This document shows positions 51,841 to 62,000 of a DNA stretch of 62,000 bases, in pieces. The translations under genes were made by a program, and so were the position numbers. Origin of the DNA: Lytechinus pictus. Taxonomy: Eukaryota. The notes under the pieces are model-generated. The model saw only the letters and a list, made by a program, of their open reading frames with translations. It had not been told where the DNA came from and searched no databases. The stretch's first letter is position 1; the number at the start of each line of letters is the position of its first letter. The stretch is taken from the NCBI RefSeq assembly GCF_037042905.1, contig NC_087245.1:1612001-1674000 (forward strand). The letters are read 5' to 3'.

Positions 51841-53640
51841 AAAGTCTAGGAGATAGGGGGCTTTATTCAGAATTTTTGGTGGGGAAGGTTTGACAGGCCT
51901 ATCCGGGGTAAAATTGTGTGCTGATTCCAAAAATGTCACTCTTATTGACCGTACTCACGCCATTTTGGCCTATTTTTGACCAAAAATGACAATTTTGACC
52001 ACTCTTTGGAAAATGGTCCCTTAACAGATTGCTTTTGTAACCACATCCAATTGAAAGGGTCTACTCTAAGTAAAAAAGCACCCAGATTCCAGATAAAGTG
52101 GTCTCATTTGCCAAATCACAATATAAGTGGTCATTATGGCCAAGTGCTGACCAAAAATGACAATTTTCATCAATTTTTGGTCCGAAATGTGTTACAAATA
52201 TTGTTCAGAACTACGATTAGATGTCTTTAGAAATCCACATTTATTCTTAAAATGTGCACTGGATCATAACAATCAACCTCATGAGGGTCATTTTGGGTAC
52301 TTTAGACATAACTGACCATTCGCAGAGTTTTGCATTATGAACTGTTCAAATATGCAAGAAATTGAAGGCTTCAGCATAATTCATCTTCTTCCCTTATCAA
52401 ATGGGAATACATTCAAAGGTCTGTCTTGTGAAGAATTTTATGCTGATTCCAAATATATCAGTCTTAATGACCCTATTCAACAGCTTATGGTCATTCTAGC
52501 CGCTTATGGCCCTCACATTGACCAATAACATCAGTTCAACTTGTCCAAAAATACAATGTGACCAGAATCGTTAGGGTGTGCTGTGACACCTAACATTGGT
52601 GTATAAATACCTTAAATTGAACATCTCAAAAGTATTTCGACCTAATGTAATTTATTCCATCAGTGTTTACATATGAGGGTAATTTTGGGTACTTAAGACA
52701 TAACTGGCCATTCGCGCAGTTTTGCAGACTAAACTGTGCAAATAGGTAGGAATCTGAGGTCTTTGGTGTGTTTTATCCTGTTCCCTTATAAAATGGGAAT
52801 GCATTCGAAGGTCCATCTTGTGTATAATTTTATGCTGATTCAAATATATCAGTCTTAATGACCCTATTCAACAGCTTATGGTCATTTCGGCCACCTACGG
52901 CCCTCAAAATGACCCATAACATCAGTTCATTTTATCCAAAAATACTTCAATGTTATACCAGAATCATTACAAGGGTGTGCTGCGACACCTAACATTGGTG
53001 TATTAATCCTTTAAATTGAACATCTCATAAGTATTTTGACCTTATGTAATTTATTCCATTAGTATTGATGAGGGTCATTTTGTGTACTTTAGACAACTGA
53101 CCATTCGCACAGTTTTGCATAATAAACTGAGCAAATAGGTAAGAATTTGAGGTCTTCAGCGTGTTTTTCTCTTCTCTTATAAAATGGAAATGCATTTAAT
53201 GGTCTATCTTGTGTAGAATTGTATGCTTATTCCAAATATATCACTCTTAATGACCCTATTTTAAAGCTTATGTTTATTTTGGCCAATTTTCGGCCCCCAA
53301 AACGACCAATACCATGATACTTCAATTTATCCAAAAATACTTCGAATGTTATTAAATCGTTACAAGGTTGTGATGTGACACCTATGGTGTATTAATCCTT
53401 AAAATTGGGCATCCCCAAAGTATTTTGACCACCTTGGTAATTTTGGCCACGTTGACCCCTGCCCAATGTGTATACCAAATCAGCCTATAGCGAACATAGT
53501 GAGCAGACAATTCAGGATTGCGTTAATATTAGCATCAAATATAATAAATGGGAAAAGTGTGAAAGCTTTTGGGTTTAAAGCAATGCAACGATTCCATATA
53601 AACCAGTGGTATTGGCATAACTATTGGACCCTGTGACTAG
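51841..53640. repeat. Repeat element with three ~395-bp internal tandem units (probable non-autonomous transposon)
   Basis: The unit start ATGAGGGTCATTTTG..TACTT.AGACA recurs at ~52281, ~52673 and ~53068. Weak AGTC...GACTA termini. Confidence 0.65.
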
Positions 53641-53974
53641 TGACCACACATTATTTGATTGAAAATGTGCTCAAACGTTGCTTAATATCATTATCAGCGG
53701 GCCGGCTTTGCCCCCCCCCCCCCTGGACCCGCCAGTGTGTCGAATATTGCCTGAATGTTAATACCTGGAAAACTTCTGATCTCCGTTCTGCTCAACATAA
53801 CTCCCAGAAGATATACAAATTGGTGATATCCAATAATGGCTTGCTCTTAATACTCGATCATATATTTTAACATCACAAATATTGTGTTTCTCATTACTTC
53901 TGGTTTAGTTTCTTGGGTCAAATATCGATACTTGGAAATAAGGACCAGAATGTACCTTTATAAATATGCCTATA

Positions 53975-54150
53975 CCTGTAGCTCAGTCGGTAGGGCGGAG
54001 GTTTTGTATTCCCAATTGGTGTGCTAGTGCCCTTTGGTAAGGTATTTATATTCGTATTACCAGGTCCCCAGGAGAGAAACTTAAGCTATTCGGTCCTCTG
54101 GTTGCTTGCTTACAAGCATTCATGCTTTCTTAGCAATCAGGTAAAAAAAA
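53975..54150 (+). mobile_element. Degenerate tRNA-derived SINE
   Basis: A box TAGCTCAGTCGGTAG, B box deleted, body CTAGTGCCCTTTGGTAAGG..., A-rich end. Confidence 0.45.
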
Positions 54151-54230
54151 AATCACTACCATTTAATACATCAAGCCACTGGAATAATGTTGAAAATAAA
54201 GTCTAGGCCTACTGAACGTGCGTCATGATT

Positions 54231-57200
54231 TCAAATATCCCAGATGAACCAGCCTACTTGGCTCGGTGATAGGACTGCCGCAAAGCAACTTGTCGACACA
54301 GCAATGCCCCAAGGTTTAAAACCTACAGCCGTATTATCATTTGGAAGATAGGTCTCCGCAAGGAGTTCACCATGGTCTCCATAAACCTCCAGGAAAGCTC
54401 TGCGAGTACCCTGGATGTTATGATGAGATATAACCCATAGATTGCCTTCTTGGTCACAGGACACTCTACCAGTCGTTGAGAGAGCTATTACTCGACATGA
54501 ATTATCCGATGAAGCAATTACGACCCCATCGTCCTGTATAATGACAATCTTCCCATTCTCTGTTGAATTGATCCTCAGTTCCCCGTTTGATTTAATGCCA
54601 ACTACGGAGACTGCATCAATACGTGACCCATCACCTGAAGAAAGTCTAACGATTTTCGCGAGTTCTGAGTACAGCATCAAGACATTGTCCTCGGGATCTG
54701 TAGTGATAGCATCCACCACTCCATCATCCTCATGTATTGAGAACTTAATGTTTTGCTGTATGCCTCCACTCTCATAGATCTTAACCTTATTTCTTTTCGT
54801 CAGAGTGACGAAACGACCATCAGTCAGTGATGCCATATCTTTGGCTGAGATGTTAGCTGACCTTATTCTTTTGCTACTGCCATCTGACCAAAGGACTTCC
54901 GTGTGACCATTTTGATAATGAACCAATATGCTGTCATTCGTATACGGTGTCATTATTTTTATTCTACCGGATACCTGGGCACGGAGAGTGAGAAGAAGTC
55001 TGTGCTTGCGAACTTGGAGAACGCATTTCTCTTCACCTGCAAAATTGTGTGAGAAGAACAAAAAATATCAGAAAATGAAGTCAAATGCAGAAAGTACAAT
55101 TTCATGGATTTAACATTCATATAATGTGAAAAATGTATTTATATTTATTTCTTATTATTTATTTTGTCTTATTTATTTTATACTGCAGGGTAGGCCTGTT
55201 CAGTTCTTAAAACTGCTTTACAAAGGCGCCCTGCAGTTTAGAATACATGTCAAGATAACTATGAACAACAACAACAAACAACATCAAAAATACAAAATAC
55301 AAAATATCTAACATCAGAAACAATTAACACCAAAATATAGAGTGGGAAGTGACAATTTGAACATACATAGCATTGTAAATCAATGGAATATCATTTCGCT
55401 CTTTATCAATTCGTATGAAAGGCTTTGCATAATTTTTTAAAAACTAACAAGGAGGTACAAACTTGTAAATTTGAAGGAAGTGCATTAAATAATTTGGGTC
55501 CGACATATGCGAAATATTTTCTTTTATGTTCAATTCTAGCTTTGGGAAGCTGAAGGGGGCATCGTAAAGAAAACCGTGTCCTGTATTTCACGGGCCGTTT
55601 ACATACTAAAGGTTTTAAATAATTTGGAACTAAATCATTCATTATTTTATATACAAGAACACAATACTGATATTTTATACGCTGATCTACTGATTGCCAC
55701 TTCAGTGACTGCAACAAAGAAATTTGTGATGTATTATAATTTTTTTTCAAAAGCATTCTGGCATATTTATTTTGAAGTTTTTGTATCTTATCTAAATGTA
55801 TTTTTGCACTGCTTCCCCAAGATGTAATACAGTAATCAATGTTAAGGTAAAATCATAGAAAAGTACAGCTTCTTCATGATATCAAAGGACAGTAAGTGCT
55901 TAATCCGCCTTACACAACCTATTGCCGAGATATTTTACAAATGATATTAGTAATATGTTCGCACCAAGTCAAGCCCGGATCGAGCATGACACCTAAGTAT
56001 TTAATCTTTTTTACATTTTCTAATTGTATGTTCCTGAATTTCACTGACAAATGAGCACCCCTCAACTTTTTCTTTTGACCAAATACCATGGCTTTTGTTT
56101 TTTGCGGGTGTAAATGCATATTCTTTAAGTCTAGCCATTTACTTATTGAATCAAAATCATCTTGCAAATACTTTTGTACCTCCTTAATTGATTCACCGTG
56201 ATTAAAAATGGCGGTATCATCAGCATAAAGAGACATTTTAGAATGTACATGCAATTTCAAATTACACATGTCATTAATAAAAATACAAAATATCAATGGA
56301 CCCAGTATAGATCCTTGTGGACTCCTGATTTTATCTTCAAAAATTCACTGCGACAACTGTTAATCATTACAAATTGCCTTCTGTCTGTTAAATACGATTC
56401 CATCCAGTTGTATTCATTGCCAGTAATACCATAGTACTTAAGTTTTGCAAGTATAAAATTGTGAGGAATAACATCAAAAGCTTTGCGTAAGTCCAAGAAA
56501 ATACCACCAGTAACATGTTTTCGGTCCATTTTATCATACAAAAAGTCTGTAATCTCAGTTAGACAAGTGGCAGTAGAATAAGACGGTCTGAAGCCAGACT
56601 GACAATTTGCAAGTAGATCATTCACATTTAAGTACTTATACAATTGATCATGTATTGCTCTCTCTAGTATTTTGGACAGGACTGGAAGCACAGAAATTGG
56701 TCTATAATTGTCAATATCAAATGATCCTCCCTTATGTACAGGAGTAATTCTTGCTGTTTTGAAATCTTCTGGAATAACACTAGTTTGTAAAGTTGCATTA
56801 AATAAATGGGTTAAAGGGCCAGCTATACTCTCTGCTGCCAGCTTAAGAAACTTAGGGTGAATGCCATCTACTCCGACCGCTTTCGAACAATCAATATGTA
56901 ATAGTTCTTTCAAAACATACTCCTTTTTGATTGCATAAAATTTAAATTCACAATCTGGAATAAACAGAGTTTGTAAATTGTTTAATAAATCTTTCGAGAA
57001 ATTACCCGAAGCGGCTTGCAACCTTGAGCCGACTTCATTAAAGGCTTTGTTTAGAACGTGAGCTATTTCATTGTTAGGTATTTGATCATTATCTATTGTT
57101 AATTTAACATCATGACTCGTGGTTTTATTTTTCTTAGGTATAAGCTTCGATAAAATGTTCCAGTTCTTTTTTATGTCATTTTCGCAGTCCTTAAATTTGT

Positions 57201-60200
57201 CCTGATAATACTCCTTTTTCAAATTTTTAATCAAGTTATTAGCTCTGTTACGGGAAAACTGAAATTTATTCCACCAATAAATTAATCTTGTTTTTCTAAA
57301 TTGCTTTCGATAATAATCCCTTTCGCGTGCTAACACCAAAAAATCATCATTTATCCAAGGTACCCCTCTTTGTTTTTGCCGCACTGATATCACGGGGGCA
57401 TGCCTGTCACAAATGTCCAGGAGTGTGTTTTTAAAGTAGTGCCGCAATTTGTCAACGTCAGTCCCACAGGAATAAAACTCATGCCAATCAACTTTCCTTA
57501 CATCATCTTTAAATTTCTCACTGTCAAAGTACTTGAATGAACGACATTTAGTTATTTTCGGAGAAAGGGATTGATGTTTCCCTTTAATTGCAGTAAAAAT
57601 CACAGAGTGATCACTAAGTCCAGCTGACTGCACTCCTGACTTAATAATATTGTCAACAAGTGCATCAGAAATACATACCAAATCGATTACTGACTGGCTA
57701 TGTGGTGAAATTCTAGTGGGTTCAGATATAACCTGTGTCATTTGCATTGTAGTAAGGAGACTGGAAACTTTTCTAGAAAGATTATTTATGGTTTGCATAT
57801 TACAGTTAAATTATAATTAAATTAAATTATACATGCACAACAGCTTTGGCAACTATTTTTTTATTTAAATATTTTGTGAAAGAAACACAGCAAAAACTGT
57901 GGTGTTAACTGGTCACTGGCGTAAATGGAGGCCTGTACAAACACCCCCCCCCCCACTTTTTACGAAAGAAATGAAAACAAAATCACAAGAGATAATTGTT
58001 TTATTGGTGAAAATTCTTCCAAAAATACCGCTTTACAAATAAAATAATATTATTGAATCATAAAATGCAAATAAAGAGCCAGTTCACCATTTCCAAACGA
58101 AATACTTATGTCCTTATTATAACATTGAAGAGAAACCCCCGTTTCTTCCAATTCATCAATGTTGGGGTCTTTGGGAAGGGATTAAGATGGAATGTCAAAA
58201 ATTTGTTGAATGTAATCTCTAATAAAACCATTAAACCATCATGGGGTAAAAAAGATAATAATATTGGAGGGGTATTTGCCATATGGACATACAGTGGCGT
58301 AACTACGGGGGACATGGGGGGCACATCCCCCCCCCCCCCCCATCAGCTGACCAAAAAAAAAACGGGAAAAGGGGGAAAAGTAGAAAAGAGGGAGAAAGGA
58401 AGAGAAACGTAGTGGGAAAGAAGAAAATATTATTCATTAGAATGTTATATTATATTATAACTATGTTAAGTTACATTACATAAGAAACATTTTTATCATA
58501 ACTTTATGAAACATAATTTGCCCAGGGCCTATGTCTTCATTGTTCCTGGTGCTCGCATTGTCTGTTTAACGAGATATATAATCCTGTTGTACTAAAACAT
58601 CCCGTTTTCAAGTCAATATAAACCAAATATATTTCCTAGCACTTGAGTTATCATTGTTTTATGTAGTGACATATGCTTCTTTTTCATGACTCAAAAGTGA
58701 TTGCCCCATGTTAAGGTCTTCGTATATATGAAACATTTCCTGTCCGTGATTACGTTCGCATTAGTGGATTGGTGAGATATGTCTGCTCTTCATGAATTCC
58801 TAAAATCAGTCCTTAACATGTCCCTTCTTCTGATCTGAATATCAAAAATTTTCAGCTCGCGCTTCGCGCTCGCATCATTTGGTTAATGAAATACGTATGG
58901 TCCTAGTTAATTCCTACAAAGAAACCTTAGGATGCCCCACTTCAGGTCTGAATTATCTAAGTTTTCAGCTCGCGCTTCGCGCTCGCATTGTTAAGCGAGA
59001 CAGGTACCTATCATGATTACACAAATTTGATTATAATGTCCCTTTTTAGGTGTGAATATAAAAAAAATTCAGCTCGCGCTTCGCGCTCGCATTATTTGAT
59101 CAGTGAGATACATATCCGTTTAATGACATTGTCCTTAAAATGTCTATATTAGGTCACTCACTCAGTCATTCAAAAATTTTGCTGGTGCCCCCCCCCCCCC
59201 AATGCCGTGACCCACGGTCGCCACTGTGGACATATCAATGACAATTCCTTATCTAAAAACATGATTGCAAAAAAATGCCATAATATTTCAGTCATCCCCC
59301 CACCCATCAACACGGATTTACGCCAGTGTAACCGGTGTACATAGAGGACCACACCAGTTATTTTACACCGGTGTTGAATTGGTGGTGTTAAATTTTACAC
59401 CTATAGGTGTCATTACAACACCTTTGGTTGTTACATTTACACGCTTTGGTGTTATTTTTAATCTCTAGAGTGTAATTTTAACACCTCGGGGTGTGATCCT
59501 CTATTAACACCAACTGGTGTCAGTTTTAACACCGCAGTTTTTACAGTGAATGAATGAAGAGAACATTGGAAGGCGGAACTTAAATCAATTAAGGTTCCCC
59601 CGAGCTACGTACCATTTGGAAACCTTGGTGAGGCCGAACAAATGTCTGCCGGGATTCGAACGAGGGCCCTTTGCTTAGTACATCGGTGCCTTAAACCACT
59701 TGTCACAGATAGAGACGGATTAGTAGTGGATACGATTGACCATCAGATAAACAGATTTTCACCCCCACCAATACATACACACACACACACACACACGCAC
59801 AAATATGTGAAAGAAATGAATGAAGAAAACAATAATATATATATGTATATATTATATATGTATATATATATATATATACAATTGAGGCCAAAAATTTCCA
59901 CACATACCCATGGAATCAGTGAAATTTCTTCGTTTGCCAGACATAGTAAAATTTACTATAACTTCAGAAATATTAATACTACCATGACGAAATTGGTATC
60001 AAATGAAAGAGCGTATTAAGCTCTTTCACATGATTGGAATGCCGTTGGGATCAAAGTATATTTCAGGTTGAATTTTCTTTGAAGAAAACAAGTAATATTC
60101 ATGCCAAATGTATTCTATTGTTAGTTATTATGTTTTCAAACAACGTTTCATAGAAATATATAATAAATGTCAAATTTATGATTTATATTACATTTTCTAT

Positions 60201-60515
60201 CATGATCTGTCACCACTGAACAAAAATGTGAAATCTGAAATGTTTGTGTTGAGAAGTAACTAGCACAAATATTAAATGTTTCTGTCAAGTTTTTATTTTT
60301 AATTTGTATAAAATATGAAGATTTTGGGAGAAAAATGACACCTAAATATTTTTCACCTCCTGGTGACAAAGCAATGTGATGACATGACATACTCATTTTG
60401 ATATAGATACAATAAATTAAGATACAAGGTATAAGATACAATAAATTTCATGATGTTTGACAAGTGTCAGCTATTCTTTGAATTTCCCGGGTGTATGTAA
60501 ACTTCTGGCCTCAAC

Positions 60516-60563
<48 letters not shown>

Positions 60564-62000
60564 CCATTGTGCTAATAAGAAAATGCGCTCTTTCATGCCG
60601 AGTGTTGCATGTAGACAACAACACTACAATGTCTGTCGAGCGCAGAAAAACAAACTTTATTGAATGTAAAATTTTATTACCTGACTTCACAATAAAATAT
60701 CTGAAAGATGGCAGAACCTGAACACTTTTCAAAATATTCATTTTCTGGTGGGGTTCACTAACTTTTGAGCACCACTGTATTAATGCGTGGGTGTATGTGT
60801 GTGTTTCTTTATATACACTCCCCTTCTCTTTCTCATTCTCCTATCCATTTACATGATTTAAGTATTCTAATCGAAAGCAGAATTTATATTCTTCAATGAA
60901 AAATCTTAAGATATATCTTGGTAAAAATCTGCAATGGCTAGAAACTTTGAGATAAAGCTTTGATTACAAACTGATCGATTTGCCTGAAAGGCATTTCCAT
61001 TAAATAAAAAAGTATACATTCATGTAATCATTATTATGATCGAATTCGTACCTTGGCTATTAGCTTCTGGAATCTGAAACTGAAGGACGCCCACTTTAGG
61101 TACCTCAAAGACGGGTACCTCACTCTCAGAGAAGTGCAGAGACCCAACTCTAGTACATTGACGTCTTGCAGTTACATCAGAAGGAATTCGTTGGTCTGTA
61201 CCTTGACTTAGGCGTTTTGCCCAGTCCTTGTATTGAAGAACCACTTCTTTTGGGTCAGTACTATCTAAAAGTCCTTCAGCAAATTTTATTTCATCTGTGA
61301 CTTTGGAAACCGCTTCCCCTACAGGTATCAATATGTTATCTAGAGTCTTGTTAAGATCAATCCGATTGGTTTTGACCTCTGCCAAGAGATCATCTTTCCT
61401 ATGATTGATGATATCAGTAATACGTTCTAAATACGAATTGAAACGTACTTTGATTACTTCTGATATATTGTCAAGTCGTTCATTTCCTTCCGCTTGTTTA
61501 GCCGCATAGTCTCCACGAAAATTCTCAAAAGACTCCATCCATTCCGTTGCTTTACTCATCAATTTTACGATTTCTTCCACTTTTGCTGCGGAAGCTTTTT
61601 CCAAGTTCTTAATCAAGAATGTATGTTTCCCGTGATTGCAAAGGGCACACTCACTACAGATTAGCACGTTACATTTCTCACAGAAATATTTCTTTTCAGC
61701 GCCATGCTCCTTGCAGAATTCTTTCTTTGATTCAGAATCCTCATGGCGTTTAATTTCTTCGATGATCTTGTTAGCCAACAAATTTGGTCTCAGAGCTTCC
61801 GATCTATCATAATCATAACCTGTTTCTTGACGGCACATCGGGCACCTGATCCTATGATTAGGCCTATCGTATGTAATAGAATCATCTGAAGAATCTGAAT
61901 CTGCATTTGCCTCTATTGCCCGATTAATGCAGCTCTCACAAAAAGTATGCAAACATTTGAGGCATTTTGCATGTTCCAATCTGCAGTGACAGATAGCACA
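54231..62000 (-). CDS. TRIM E3 ubiquitin ligase (RING, B-box 2, coiled coil, C-terminal NHL-like beta-propeller), 5' partial: complement(join(54231..55036,61052..>62000))
   Basis: The window ends inside the RING: CAICHCRLEHAKCLKCLHTFCESC...CPMC. B-box CKEH..FCEKCNVLICSEC..NH..H, then a heptad-rich helix. Donor AAG|GTACGA at 61052 and acceptor TTTTGCAG| at 55036 are both phase 1. The last exon has propeller-like repeats (DAITTDPEDNVLM, VSCDQEGNLWV, KPWGIAVS). Confidence 0.85.
55135..57815 (-). mobile_element. 5'-truncated CR1/L2-group LINE (endonuclease end plus RT), frameshifted, in the TRIM intron
   Basis: ORF 56293-57798 has PTRIS..SVIDLV, SDHSVI, NYRPISVLPVLSKILE, QSGFR and FLDLRKAFD. ORF 55919-56296 has YADD. 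ORF 55406-55756 has GPKLFNALP. The 3' end is CAGGGCGCCTTTGTAAAGCAG..CCTACCCTG plus an (AATA)n tail. Confidence 0.9.
57914..59328. mobile_element. hAT-like element, middle layer
   Basis: TIR CACTGGCGTAAAT with 8-bp TSD TAACTGGT (57906-57913) / TAACCGGT (59329-59336). Confidence 0.75.
58292..59226. mobile_element. hAT-like element, inner layer
   Basis: TIR CAGTGGCG with perfect 8-bp TSD TGGACATA (58284-58291, 59227-59234). Internal GCTCGCGCTTCGCGCTCGCAT repeats. Confidence 0.85.
59594..59710 (-). mobile_element. tRNA-derived SINE fragment
   Basis: Minus strand has GTGACAAGTGGTTTAAGGCAC (A-box-like) and GTTCGAATCCC (B box). Confidence 0.5.
59879..60517. mobile_element. Tc1/mariner MITE inserted in a (TA)n tract
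   Basis: Ends CAATTGAGGCCAAAAATTTCCACACATACCC and (reverse complement) TAGTTGAGGCCAGAAGTTTACATACACCC, resembling Tc1 (Sleeping Beauty-type) TIRs, with TA flanks. Confidence 0.75.
60563..60777. mobile_element. Tc1-like solo end
   Basis: Reverse complement reads TA|CAGTGGTGCTCAAAAGTTAGTGAACCC. The partner end was not found and the left boundary is approximate. Confidence 0.5.

Larger units (their letters stand above)
57886..59548. mobile_element. CACTA/EnSpm-like MITE, outer layer of a three-level nest
   Basis: TIR CAC(A/T)G(C/T)AAAAACTG(T/C)GGTGTTAA with a 2-bp TSD AA. Confidence 0.7.

Overview
AT-rich, intron-containing animal genomic DNA. A marine invertebrate such as an echinoderm is plausible, but this is inferred only from the gene and repeat repertoire. 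Four spliced protein-coding genes were reconstructed by hand from GT-AG boundaries with consistent phases: (1) the 3' end of a ZMYND8-like MYND-finger gene (+, 311-4675); (2) a complete 703-aa SNAG-domain C2H2 repressor with eight fingers mixing Gfi/senseless and Fezf features (+, 22264-31302); (3) a 234-aa MS4A/CD20-like four-TM protein (-, 41640-44491); (4) a RING/B-box/coiled-coil TRIM with a divergent beta-propeller (-, 54231 to window end, 5' partial). The rest is dense in transposable elements, often nested. These include a Helentron-type (HINE) element carrying a Transib-like insert with V(D)J RSS-like ends, a four-level nest (Kolobok-like MITE > IS3EU-like foldback with ACGT arrays > hAT > Tx1 LINE), a three-level nest in the TRIM intron, a 2.9-kb foldback element, LINE fragments, tRNA-derived SINEs and several MITEs. 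No CRISPR array, rRNA or intact tRNA was seen. Coordinates were read by eye and may be off by a few bases at degenerate ends.
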